DNA of 64,000 nucleotides. Source: Candidatus Bathyarchaeota archaeon (GTDB lineage Archaea; Thermoproteota; Bathyarchaeia; TCS64). The position numbers were made by a program, and so were the translations under genes. Below, in pieces: positions 38,309 through 48,646 of the stretch. The stretch covers positions 256,001 to 320,000 of the forward strand of contig CAVYVF010000022.1 in assembly GCA_963771885.1 (NCBI GenBank), given 5' to 3'. Below the pieces are notes generated by a model. That model was given only the letters and a program-made list of their open reading frames with translations, had not been told where the DNA came from and made no database searches. The first letter of the stretch is position 1, and every line of letters starts with the position of its first letter.

Positions 38309-39622
38309 ATGCCCGAGTTCAAGGGCTGGATGCCCGACAAGAGCCTAGAGTACCTCGAAGGGATCGAGGAGGAGTACACGTGCAGGGAGCCCCGCGCAAT
38401 CGCGGCTCGTGTCAAGGCGATCGCCGAGGAGCACGACGACTGGAGGAGGAACAAGTGTCTAAACCTGAACCCGTCGGAGAACGCGATAAGTCCCGGGGCG
38501 AGGCGGCTGCTGGATACGGATCTAGCCACCCGCGTCACGGAGGGCTTCGTGGGGGACAAGGAGTACCCCCCGGCGCCGATGAACAGGTACATCGACGAGA
38601 TTGAGGGTATAATCATCCACCACGTCAGGAAGATGTTCCGCTGCGACTACGTCGAGTGGCGCACAATGAGCAGCAGCATGGCGAACTCGCTCGTCTACTT
38701 CGCCCTCTCCAAGGCGGGGGACACTATAATGTCACAGAGCAACAAGGGCGGGGGGAACGACAGCTACCGCCCCAACGGCCCGCCGCTCCTCAGGGGACTC
38801 AAGGTCGCTGATCTCCCCGACGCCCCCCTCTTCGACGTCGACTACGACGCGCTGGATAAGAGCATCAAGAAGGTGAAGCCGGCGTGGCTCGTCGTCGGCG
38901 GCGGCCGCATACTCTTCCCCTACGACCTGAAGAGGCTCAGGGAGGCGGCGGACACAGTCGGGGCGCATATCCTCTACGACGCGGCGCACGTCGGCCCACT
39001 CATCGCCTTCGGGCTCTTCCAGGACCCCCTCGCCGAGGGGGCGGACGTGATGACTCTCGGCACACACAAGCTCATGGGCGGCCCAATCGGTGGTCTCGTC
39101 CTCACAAACAATGAGGAGATGGCGAAGAAGATGCTCGCACTCACCCACCCCGCCTTCATACAGACGCGGGACCAGAACAAGTACGCCGCCGCGGCGTGGA
39201 GCCTGAGCGAACTCGCCCACTTCGGCCCAGCCTACGCGAAACAGATACAGGCGAACTCACGAGCCCTCGCTGGGGCGCTCGACGAACGCGGCTTCAAGGT
39301 AGTCGGTAGAGAAAAGGGCTATTCGAAGACCCATCAGGTCATCGTCAACGTCCGCGAACTCGGACCCCGCGCCATCGAGGCCAGGTTCAACGAGTCCAAC
39401 ATCCTCCTCCCCACCACGGTGCTCTGGGATGATCCGCCGAACGGCAGGGGCGGTCTCAGGATTTCCGTGCAGGAAATCACACGCCAGGGCATGAATGAGA
39501 CGGAGATGAGCGGCGTCGCCGACCTCATAAAACGCTCCGCCGACGGCGAAGCGCCAGATAAGATGAGGGGTGAGGTCGAGAAGTTCGTCGCCCCATTCAA
39601 GAAGATCAGGTATTGCTTTTAG
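38309..39622 (+). CDS. divergent serine hydroxymethyltransferase-like PLP enzyme
   Basis: NLNPSEN, YDAAH, THK PLP lysine, GGP.GG, LRI; several canonical GlyA motifs are altered. Confidence 0.8.
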   Translation: MPEFKGWMPDKSLEYLEGIEEEYTCREPRAIAARVKAIAEEHDDWRRNKCLNLNPSENAISPGARRLLDTDLATRVTEGFVGDKEYPPAPMNRYIDEIEGIIIHHVRKMFRCDYVEWRTMSSSMANSLVYFALSKAGDTIMSQSNKGGGNDSYRPNGPPLLRGLKVADLPDAPLFDVDYDALDKSIKKVKPAWLVVGGGRILFPYDLKRLREAADTVGAHILYDAAHVGPLIAFGLFQDPLAEGADVMTLGTHKLMGGPIGGLVLTNNEEMAKKMLALTHPAFIQTRDQNKYAAAAWSLSELAHFGPAYAKQIQANSRALAGALDERGFKVVGREKGYSKTHQVIVNVRELGPRAIEARFNESNILLPTTVLWDDPPNGRGGLRISVQEITRQGMNETEMSGVADLIKRSADGEAPDKMRGEVEKFVAPFKKIRYCF

Positions 39623-40854
39623 GGCTCCTTACACCAGCTTTTACCAAGGCGCAGTCCATGAGGACATTGGCGCCACGTTCGAGGTCCGCCGCCTCGGTCT
39701 TTTCGCCTGGGCTGTGGCTGACGCCGTTTATTGAGGGGACGAATACCATGGCGGTTGGGCAAACGACGTGCATGAACTGGGCGTCGTGCCCCGCACCGCT
39801 GGGGAGCCTCTGTGTTGTATAGGCGCGTTTGTGGGCGGATGCCTCGACTAGGGCGACCATCTCGCGTCTGAAGTGGACGGGCTGGAAGTCTGCTGTCCTC
39901 TCCTTCTCGTATGTGAGGCCGCGGCGCTTCGCGGCTGCGTCGAGCCTCGACTCCACTTCGGCCTTGCCCTCGTTGAATGTGGCGTCGTCGTAGCTGCGGT
40001 AGTCGAAGGTGAAGTCAGCGAGGCTGGGGACGACATTTATTGCGCCGGGCTCTAGGCGGAGTTTGCCGATTGTGCAGACGGCGTTGCCCTTCGAAGCGAC
40101 GTAGCTCGAGCATACCGGAGTACAGATCGGCTGCGGCCGCCATCGGGTCTTTCCTCATGTCTAGCGGAGTCGTGCCTGCGTGGTTTGCCTGCCCATGTAT
40201 GGCGACTCTCCACCAAGCGATACCCTGCACACCCTCAACGACGCCTATCTCGACGCCCTTCTTGTGGAGCACTGGGCCCTGCTCGACGTGAAGCTCGAAG
40301 TATGCCTCGGGGTCGATCTTGCCCTTACCTAGGTAGCCAATGTTCTTGAGGGCGTCCTTTACTGTGACGCCGTCGTCGTCCTTGCGCTCGTACGCCTTCT
40401 CGAGGGGGTATCCTCCGCATCTGACGAGGCTACCCATCATGTCGGGCTGGAACCGGACGCCCTCCTCGTTTGTAAAAGCGGCGACACCGAGTGGGTGGCG
40501 CGTCTCTATGCCCTCCTCGTTGAGGCGCCGGACTACCTCTAATGCTCCAAGGACGCCGTATGCACCGTCATAGATGCCGGCGTCGATGACCGTATCGATG
40601 TGTGAGCCCATTAGGACGGGCTTCAATGTGGGGCTCGTGCCCTCGCGGACGCCGAAGATGTTGCCTATCGGATCGACTATGACGGTGAGGTCCTCCTCCT
40701 CCATCCATTGAACGAGAAGGTCGCGTGCCTTTCCATCCTCCTCACTCAGCGCTAGTCGGGTTACGCCCTTGTATCCATCGCGCATGCCTATCTTACCCAG
40801 ATCGTTGAGGCTCCTGAGAAGCCTCACAGTGTCGATTCGCAGCTCCTCGTCCAT
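39606..40854 (-). CDS. N-carbamoyl-L-amino acid / allantoate amidohydrolase (M20), +1 frameshift near 40105
   Basis: GSHIDTV, GIYDG, NEEG.RF, ELHVEQGP, NHAGTTP, then NVVP, SGAGHDA, SHSP. Confidence 0.88.
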
Positions 40855-40938
40855 GCCACTCACACCGAATATTGTGCGCATCCCGGATAAAAACTGGGCA
40901 GCGACAAAATATTACATACTGAGAGCTAACTTCTCTCC

Positions 40939-42280
40939 ATGAACAAGCAGGAGACCGAAGTATTCCAGGCAATAGACGGCGGCAGGGACCGCATGGTCAA
41001 GTTCCTCCAGAAGATTCTCAGGATAGACACGCAGGTACCCCCGGGGCACGACTACGATAAGGTATGCGACATAGTCAGGGAGCGCTACGACGCCCTCGGA
41101 TACGCGACGTCGCTCCACGAGGCGACAGAGAAGTACATGAAGCTGAGCGGCGCGAAGCACATCGGCCTCGAAGGCCCCCGCACAAACATGGTCGCCCGCT
41201 TAAAGGGTACGGGAGGCGGACCCACACTACACATCAGCGCCCACACCGACCTCGCCGCGATACAGAAGCAGGGCTGGACAGTCGACCCCCTCGGCGGCGA
41301 GGTAACGAAGACGAGCAAGTACGGCAAGAGCGCCTACGACGTGGGCGGCGGCTACATCTGGGGCAGAGGCGTCGGCGACGACAAGGGTGAGACAGCGGCG
41401 CTACTCCTCGCCATGGAGGCGATCAAGGAGGCAGGAGTCAAACTCAAGGGAGACCTCATCGTGACCGCGAACTGCGACGAGGAGATAGGCGGTGTCGCGG
41501 GGCTCGGCTACCTCATCCGCGAGGGTATCGTGAAGGCTGACCTCGGCATACAGCTCGACGGCTCGATGACGGGCATCGGCCTCAGCGCTATGGGGCGCAC
41601 AAGGTTCCTCATCCGCACCAAGGGCAAGAGCTACCACGGCCAGGTCCCCATCCTCGGCATAAACGCCATTGAGAAGATGAGCAAACTCAACGTCGCACTC
41701 AACGACTACTGGCGCAACTCCCTCCTACAGACGCAAGTATCCGACACCCGGCATCGACTTCGGCGAAGGACTACGATCTAAGGGTATAGAGTGCCCAACG
41801 GGAATGCTCAACATCGGCACTATCCGCGGTGGCGTCCAGGGAGCCACAGTCCCCGACCTCTGCGAGGAGGAGGTTCTCCGCGGCATGATACCCGGAGAGA
41901 CATACGAGGGCACCCTCGCCGAATTCAGGGCAGTACTCGACGGAGTAAAAGCCACCGACGCAGACCTCAAGTACGAGTTAGAGACCATCAACTTCCGCGA
42001 GGGCTACGTCGTCCCCGCCACCGACCCCTATGCACTCGAGTGCCAGGCACTCATACAGGAGGCGGTCGGCAAGAAGCTCCCATTCACCGGCACCCTAGCA
42101 AGCACAGACATGAACTACCAGGTCGTTGACGGCCAAATGCCGTGCGTCAACTTCGGCGTAGGAGGCCCCTACAGCAACGGACACGGACAGGACGAGAACG
42201 CCAGCATAGACGAGATAATCGCCTGCGCCAAGGCCGTATCCCTCATCACCATGCGCAAACTCGGCACAATAAAGAAGTAA
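40939..42280 (+). CDS. ArgE/DapE-family M20 deacylase, copy 1, +1 frameshift near 41730
   Basis: AHTD, GRG..DDKG, DEE.GG, NAIE, STDM, H..DE; the corrected frame aligns with copy 2. Confidence 0.88.
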
Positions 42281-42413
42281 AGGAGGGGTCAAAAAAACCT
42301 AGAAAAAGCCCTTATCACCCAAAAGAAGCTCGAAATGGATCCCGATCGAGATCATTAATGTATCTTTGACCAATACACGAACTGAAAAGTGGCTAAAAAT
42401 GCCAAAAATAACT

Positions 42414-43001
42414 CTACTCTACTAACTTGTCCTCTTTCCTCGTGTACATCCACCAGGCGAGGAACATCTGCCAGACCGCCATGTATGTGACGCTGAGCGC
42501 CTCTGGTATCGCGACGGCACCCCAGGGGAGTAGCCAAATCACTGCCGCCAGCACAGCCGTTCCCCAGGCGAGGAGTGTATAGAACCTCATCTTCTTCCTG
42601 TAGCAGAAGTACCCGATGAAAAGCGCCGAGAGCGGAAGCGTCACGAAGAAGCCTACGCTCACGTAAAAGTGATAGGGCTCGACGTTTATGTTGGCGAGAC
42701 CGATGCCGAGGAGCAGAAACGATGCGGCGAGGTGGAGCCCACCGCCGATCTGCCCCATGATATCTCCCTTCGTCATCTCCAGCAGCCCTGCACTGAACAT
42801 CATCATCAGCGCAGCCGTCATCGCGAGCCCCCCGTTGAAGATGATCGACTCAACCCCCTCGGCGCCGAGGTCGCTCAGCGCGTTATTCGTCCAGCTGAAC
42901 CAAGGTGCCAGCCAGATGCTCGAGGCGATGATAAGCAAACCGAAGAGTGGCGCCGCGATCCCGAAGAAGCCGGTGAGGCGAAGGATCTTAAGATTCATCA
43001 A
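42414..43001 (-). CDS. DUF998-like membrane protein
   Basis: PWFSWTNNALSDLG..FN, H..VS..FF, AIPE; multiple TM helices. Confidence 0.8.
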   Translation of the reverse strand: MMNLKILRLTGFFGIAAPLFGLLIIASSIWLAPWFSWTNNALSDLGAEGVESIIFNGGLAMTAALMMMFSAGLLEMTKGDIMGQIGGGLHLAASFLLLGIGLANINVEPYHFYVSVGFFVTLPLSALFIGYFCYRKKMRFYTLLAWGTAVLAAVIWLLPWGAVAIPEALSVTYMAVWQMFLAWWMYTRKEDKLVE

Positions 43002-43057
43002 CGAACAGGATACCCGCCAAATGTTAAAGCATATCGCCGGGGAAAGCCCACGGGCAT

Positions 43058-43273
43058 TCAGCCTGGACCAGTGACGGTCACGTTGCTGAAGTCGATACCC
43101 GCAATCGTCGAGTTCAGATCGTGGGCGGCCGCCATCAGCTCCTACGGAACGTAGACGTAGTTCGGGTCACGGAACTTCAACGCGGTGGCCCACACCCTGT
43201 CGAGCGTCTGGACGGTTTCAGCCGTCACCTTCTCAATGACTTGTAACACGTTCTCTGTGTGTATCTGGTGCCT
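43058..43273 (-). pseudogene. C-terminal gene remnant with an in-frame TAG
   Basis: ..VIEKVTAETVQTLDRVWATALKFRDPNYVYVP*ELMAAAHDLNSTIAGIDFSNVTVTGPG*; TAG at 43142-43144. Confidence 0.35.
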
Positions 43274-43407
43274 ACATAGCCCACCTAATTAACGCCACGA
43301 GCCTAGTCCGATTCAAGGGTTAGGTCAAAGGGCCTCCGAGTTTCCACACCTTACTCACGCGCGCCCTTCTCTAACCCTATTATACTCCCCCAGCGGAAAC
43401 TAAAATC

Positions 43408-44019
43408 ATGGAAAAGTACGACCTCAAAAAGGAGTTGAAGCGCCTCTACTCAGCGAAGGAGAAGCCCGAGTTCGTCAACGTCCCCGAGATAAATTACCTC
43501 ACCTACACGGGGCGCGGGGAGCCTGGAGGCGTAGCCTACACCGAAGGGCTCGGCGCCCTCTATGCGGCTACTTATACGCTCAAGTTCGCCTCGAAGAAGA
43601 AGGGGCGGGACTTCACAGTCATGGGGCTTGAGGGGCTCTGGTGGTGGGACGATCCGAGGATAGTCAACCTCGAGAACGCGCCACCGAGGGACACGTGGAA
43701 CTGGATGTCCCTTATCGCCGTCCCCGACTTCGTCACATCAGTCATGCTTGAGGAGGCGAGACCCGAGATGGTCAAGAAGAAAGGCAAGACGCTGGAGAAT
43801 GTCAGACTCGAAAGGATAAACGAGGGGCTCTGCGCCCAGATACTCCACATCGGACCCTACAGCAACGAGCCACGCAGCCAGAAAGCCCTCCATGGCTTCA
43901 TCGCGGAGCAGGGCTACAGGCTTCGGGGGCGCCACCACGAGATATATATGGGTGATCCACGCAGGACGCCGCCTGAGAAGCTCAAGACCATCCTCAGGCA
44001 CCCCGTCGAGAAAGCCTAG
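43408..44019 (+). CDS. GyrI-like domain protein
   Basis: KYDLKKE..LY, G.G.P, LEGLWW, HIGPY..E, HHEIY.GDPRR..LKTILR.P. Confidence 0.88.
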   Translation: MEKYDLKKELKRLYSAKEKPEFVNVPEINYLTYTGRGEPGGVAYTEGLGALYAATYTLKFASKKKGRDFTVMGLEGLWWWDDPRIVNLENAPPRDTWNWMSLIAVPDFVTSVMLEEARPEMVKKKGKTLENVRLERINEGLCAQILHIGPYSNEPRSQKALHGFIAEQGYRLRGRHHEIYMGDPRRTPPEKLKTILRHPVEKA

Positions 44020-44064
44020 CGAAACCCTCTATAAACCCCCGTGGCGAATAGAGGGGCAACCCGG

Positions 44065-44895
44065 ATGATAGACTACCATGTTCATGAGAGGCACTCGCGG
44101 GACGCCGCCACCGCCATGATACCCGAGTACATCGCCTCCGCCGAGGCGCGGGGCGTACACGAGATAGCCTTCACGACCCACTTCATCACCGTCGGGCCGG
44201 ACGTAGCTATAAGCATCCGCGAGGATGAGATATCCGATTACATCGAAGAAATACACCGTGCACAGGCGAATACGACGGTCAGGTTGCTCGCGGGACTCGA
44301 GGTCGACTACTTCCCCGGCGAGGAACGCCACTTGGAACAGGTACTCGGCAACCACGACTTCGACTTCATCCTCGGCAGTACCCACTATGTGAACGGCGTC
44401 GACATAGGCTCACAGACGCAGGCGGAGGGCTTCTTCGCCGGCCGCCCGATAAAGCGCGCTGCTGACGAGTACTACAAGGTATGGAAGAGAGCGATAGAGT
44501 CGGGGCTCTTCGACGTGATGGCTCACCCCGACTACTGGAGGAAGTACCTCCATTTCTACGGCAAGACGGCGTCATGGAGCGAGTACGGTTCGACCGTCTT
44601 CGACGCCCTCGAAGCCGCTGCGGATAATGACGTTGGCATCGAGGTCAACACCGCCGGTGAGCGCGCCGGGACTGGCCACTTTTACCCACTCCAGGAGTTC
44701 CTCGTCGCCGGCAACGAGGCGGGGATTGAGAACGTCACTGTCGGCAGTGACAGCCACACCGCGGGCACGCTCGGCTACAGGCTCGATGAGGCAGCGAGGT
44801 TGCTTCGAGACGCCGGCTTCACATCGATAAGCAGCTACGAGAAGAGGCGAGGTCGCCGCAGGCCTATCGGTGAGATGCTCAGGCGAAGGAATTAA
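44065..44895 (+). CDS. HisJ-family PHP phosphatase (histidinol-phosphatase-like)
   Basis: DYHVH, GLEVDY, GSTH, AHPD, EVNT, GSDSH. Confidence 0.85.
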   Translation: MIDYHVHERHSRDAATAMIPEYIASAEARGVHEIAFTTHFITVGPDVAISIREDEISDYIEEIHRAQANTTVRLLAGLEVDYFPGEERHLEQVLGNHDFDFILGSTHYVNGVDIGSQTQAEGFFAGRPIKRAADEYYKVWKRAIESGLFDVMAHPDYWRKYLHFYGKTASWSEYGSTVFDALEAAADNDVGIEVNTAGERAGTGHFYPLQEFLVAGNEAGIENVTVGSDSHTAGTLGYRLDEAARLLRDAGFTSISSYEKRRGRRRPIGEMLRRRN

Positions 44896-44932
44896 AGCCG
44901 AAACCGTCTCTATCACACGAAGGCTGCTAGAC

Positions 44933-46258
44933 TTGGACGATAAGCAGAGGCTGTTCCAGTACATAGAGGAGCACAGGGATGACCTCGTGGAGATCCTTAG
45001 GGGACTCGTCAGGATTGACACACACACGCCCCCCGGACACAACTATGATGTAATATGCGAGCACATCTCGGACAGGCTTGTCCCGCTCGGATGTGTAATT
45101 AAGATACACGACGCGACCGGGGAATACCTCAAGCAATCCGGCGCGAAGCAGCTTGGACTCGATGGACCCCGCAGCAACGTCGTCGCCCGCCTCAAGGGAA
45201 AGGACAGCGGGCCGAGGCTTCACGTCAGTGCACACATAGATACTGCCCCAATACAGGATGAGGGCTGGACACACGACCCCCTCGCTGGGGAGGTAACGAA
45301 GACCAGCCAGTACGGTAAGAGCACCTATGACATAGGTGGAGGCTACATCTGGGGCAGAGGCGTATGCGACGACAAGGGACCCCTAGCCGCCGCCATGTTC
45401 ACTATCAAGGCACTCAGGGAACTCGACATCCGCCTCAGTGGCGACCTGATCCTAACGGGCAACTGCGACGAGGAGATAGGCGGCGTAGCGGGACTCGGCT
45501 ACCTCATCCGCGAGGGCATCGTGAAGGCAGACTACGGGCTCCAGCTCGACGGCTCAATGAACGCGATAAACCTCGCCGCCCAGGGGCGCACCCGCTTCCT
45601 AGTCAGGACATTCGGAAAAGCCTACCACGGTCAGATGCCAATCCTCGGCGTCAACGCAATCGAGAAGATGAGTAAGATCAACGTCGCGCTCGACAATTAC
45701 TGGCGCAACGTCCTCATGAAGAGGCAGGTGGCGACCCCCGGCATCGAGCTGCCCCCAGAGATCGTCGGCGCTGGAGTTGACAAGCTGACCGCCATGCTCA
45801 ACATAGGTACGATAAAGGGAGGAGTGCAGGGGGCGACGGTCCCCGACTTCTGTGAGGAGGAGGTCCTCCGCTGCATGACGCCAAACGAGACATTCGCTGA
45901 TGTAGAGATGGAGCTGCGAGCGGTGATCGAGGGCGTTAAGGCAACCGATCCAAACCTCAGATATGAGGTCGAGGTAGTCAACAGCAGAGGAGGCTACGTC
46001 GTCCCCGCAACCGACACCTTCGCCCTCGAGGCAAGGGAGATAATGAGGGAGGCGACGGGCAGGACGCTTCCCTTCGTCGGTAACCTCGCGAGCACGGACA
46101 TGAACTACCAGGTCGTCGAAGGAGGTATGCCGTCCGTCAACATAGGCATCGGCGACGCCTACACGAACTACCATCAGAGGGACGAGAATGTATCGATAGA
46201 TGAGCTGGTCGCACTCACGAAGGCGATCACCCTATTCTCCCTCAGGAAGCTCGGCTGA
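44933..46258 (+). CDS. ArgE/DapE-family M20 deacylase, copy 2
   Basis: AHID, GRGVCDDKG, DEEIGG, STDM, HQRDE; start placed at TTG 44933. Confidence 0.88.
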   Translation: MDDKQRLFQYIEEHRDDLVEILRGLVRIDTHTPPGHNYDVICEHISDRLVPLGCVIKIHDATGEYLKQSGAKQLGLDGPRSNVVARLKGKDSGPRLHVSAHIDTAPIQDEGWTHDPLAGEVTKTSQYGKSTYDIGGGYIWGRGVCDDKGPLAAAMFTIKALRELDIRLSGDLILTGNCDEEIGGVAGLGYLIREGIVKADYGLQLDGSMNAINLAAQGRTRFLVRTFGKAYHGQMPILGVNAIEKMSKINVALDNYWRNVLMKRQVATPGIELPPEIVGAGVDKLTAMLNIGTIKGGVQGATVPDFCEEEVLRCMTPNETFADVEMELRAVIEGVKATDPNLRYEVEVVNSRGGYVVPATDTFALEAREIMREATGRTLPFVGNLASTDMNYQVVEGGMPSVNIGIGDAYTNYHQRDENVSIDELVALTKAITLFSLRKLG

Positions 46259-46260
46259 AG

Positions 46261-46272
46261 CCCCTTTTTTTA
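46261..46272 (+). terminator. oligo-T archaeal terminator candidate
   Basis: Run of seven T directly after the M20 stop codon; may double as the TATA box of the next gene. Confidence 0.4.
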
Positions 46273-46297
46273 AACAGAGCAGATCCATATTGTAGGC

Positions 46298-47455
46298 ATG
46301 GCGCGCCAGTGCCAGCGGTGCCAGGGACCGCTCAATGAAGGCGATTACTTCTGCGGCAACTGCGGGATACCGACAAAGCTCGGGTTAAAGTACCAGGAGG
46401 CGAGCGAGAAGCTCAACCTGAGTCTCAGCCAGCTAGAGCGTAGCTACCAGACAGGTCACCTCTCCAAGGAGAAGTACGAGCAGCAGAAAGCGAAGTACAG
46501 CGAGGAGTACTCAAAGCTCTTGGCGGAGATAACAGCGAAGCGCCCCGCTGTCCTAGAGAAAACGACGCCTACACCCCAGATAGCCGGTGGTGCCCCCGAG
46601 CACAACGGCGAGAAAAGCTCGGTCATATATGCTGATCCACCGCAGCTTCACCTCCACGATGCGGTCCTCTATATAATAGCCGCTGCCGTCATAGTGTGCG
46701 TCGGCCTCTGGTGGACATGGGGCTTCGTCGGCGAAGGCTTCGAGTTCATCTGGCTCGACCAGTGGTACCTCCTCGCCTTCAGCCTCGTCGGCCCAGCCAT
46801 CTACCTCATCTGGATGTGGAGAGCGGACAAGCTCGAAAGGGAGCCCATCTACCTAGTCACACTCATCCTCGGCTGGGGCGTCTTCTCCGCCTTCCTCAGC
46901 CTCATCGGCAACACCGTCTTCGACTACATAGGCTTCGGGGCAGCGTGGCTTGGCGCCCCCATCGTCGAGGAGTCTATGAAGGCAATAGGCGTCTACCTCA
47001 TCGCGAAGAGCCCCGAGTTCAACAACTCGATGGACGGTATAGTCTATGGTTTCGCATCCGGCATGGGTTTCGCCTGGGCTGAGAACTTCTTCTATATAGT
47101 GCTTATGTACGATGGCGACATAATGTTCAGCCTACTCAGGGTCTTCATCTTCGGGCTGGGGCACGGCATCTATACGGCCTACACGGGCTGGTGGCTCGGA
47201 AGGGCCAAAGTCAAGAAGGGCTATGTGACACTCGGAGACCTTATACCGGGGCTGATAATGGCGATGGTCGCCCACGGGATATACAACAGCGACATCATGC
47301 AAATCGACAGCCTAGAGGGGCTCGCCCTCTGGGTCATACTCACCCTCGGCACATACTCCGTGATACTATTCGCTATGTACCGCAAGTCGCTTTCAGACGA
47401 GAAGAAGTGGCTCTACGACGCCGGCTACGCCCCGAAGACGATACTGAACAAGTAA
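46298..47455 (+). CDS. PrsW-family intramembrane protease with N-terminal zinc ribbon
   Basis: CQRC..FCGNCG, helical linker, then EP, EESMK, GF..AEN, HGIY and HGIYN motifs. Confidence 0.87.
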   Translation: MARQCQRCQGPLNEGDYFCGNCGIPTKLGLKYQEASEKLNLSLSQLERSYQTGHLSKEKYEQQKAKYSEEYSKLLAEITAKRPAVLEKTTPTPQIAGGAPEHNGEKSSVIYADPPQLHLHDAVLYIIAAAVIVCVGLWWTWGFVGEGFEFIWLDQWYLLAFSLVGPAIYLIWMWRADKLEREPIYLVTLILGWGVFSAFLSLIGNTVFDYIGFGAAWLGAPIVEESMKAIGVYLIAKSPEFNNSMDGIVYGFASGMGFAWAENFFYIVLMYDGDIMFSLLRVFIFGLGHGIYTAYTGWWLGRAKVKKGYVTLGDLIPGLIMAMVAHGIYNSDIMQIDSLEGLALWVILTLGTYSVILFAMYRKSLSDEKKWLYDAGYAPKTILNK

Positions 47456-47456
47456 C

Positions 47457-48104
47457 CTACATCTTCGAGGCGAAAGCGGCGTTCAACTCCTTGGGGTCAG
47501 CGTCGTCGATAACGTACTTTTCCCTCCCACTGCTTGACTCGAACTCGACCTCCCAGAAAACCCTTTTGAGCAACTGTTTCCAAGACTCGGTTTTCCCCTA
47601 GACTCTGACCTTCCAAATCTGGCTGTTCTCGATGGCGAAGTTATCGAGCTGCTACCTGATCGCCTGCTCGGGGCTCATCTACTTGTAACGCTGTGTGAAA
47701 AAGAAGCTCATCTCGAGCTGCGCGCCCCACTGATCAAAGAAACCCTTCCCCTCGGCCTTCGCCTTGTCCTGGGCAGCTTTTATCACCTACTTGACCATGT
47801 CACCCGTGATGTGGCAGAAGATTGCCCTGCGGTCCGTCGCGATGAGGGCTTAGGTGTCCCAAGCACCGAACATCTTCATCTTCTTCAGCGTCGAGACGAC
47901 TGTGATGACCCGCTCACCCATGGGCTGCGGGTAGGCAGGTTGCGGCGGTGGCTGCGGGTAGTACTGCGGCTGCTACTACTGCTGGGGCGTTGAAGGCGGA
48001 GCATGTGCGGGGTAGGCCCCCGGCGTCAACCTCTGCCCGCAGACGGGACAGAAATTAGCGTGAGGCTGGACGAACGCACCACAGTTAGAGCAGAACGGCA
48101 ACAT
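47457..48104 (-). pseudogene. zinc-ribbon/Pro-Gln-linker protein gene with seven in-frame stops
   Basis: One 216-codon frame MLPFCSNCG..FCPVCG..PQQ**QPQ..GKGFFDQWGAQL..FASKM*, no indels. Confidence 0.8.
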
Positions 48105-48190
48105 GCATCACTTGATCCGCCTACCACAACCGGATATATACTATAGAACCCCGGGGAAAGCCGTTAAACCCCGTGAGCCAAGGCTGATAT

Positions 48191-48646
48191 ATGGCACACT
48201 TGGATGAACACTGGCTCTCCCGGCATGTTAAGGGCTTCAGTCTCGACTCCTACCACCTCGGCATGATCTACGCCTTCGCTGAGGTCGTCGGCTCAGGCGT
48301 CAAGCCCCTCGCGCTCAGCCCACCGATGACTCTGGAGGAACACGACAGGATCAAGGACACGATAAACGCGATGGCTGAGGAGTACGGCGTCCACACCCTC
48401 GTAGATATGGACTTTCTCACGACCAAGCTATTCAATCCAGCCTTTACTAAGGGTAAGGTCGTCGTTCACTTCGCCAAGGACCCAGCGATACTCGAAAGGT
48501 ATAGGAGACTCAAGGAGTTGAAGGAGAGGAGACACAGGGAGGGCAGGCTAGCCGAGTCGGAGGACGAGATCGCCCGCGAACTCGGCTCAATACTCGGCTA
48601 CGACGAGGAAACGATCGAGGGGCTGCTTAAGAAACCCCGCTTCTAG
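48191..48646 (+). CDS. hypothetical protein
   Basis: 151 aa ORF with genome-typical codon usage and a GTTAAA box upstream. Confidence 0.7.
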   Translation: MAHLDEHWLSRHVKGFSLDSYHLGMIYAFAEVVGSGVKPLALSPPMTLEEHDRIKDTINAMAEEYGVHTLVDMDFLTTKLFNPAFTKGKVVVHFAKDPAILERYRRLKELKERRHREGRLAESEDEIARELGSILGYDEETIEGLLKKPRF

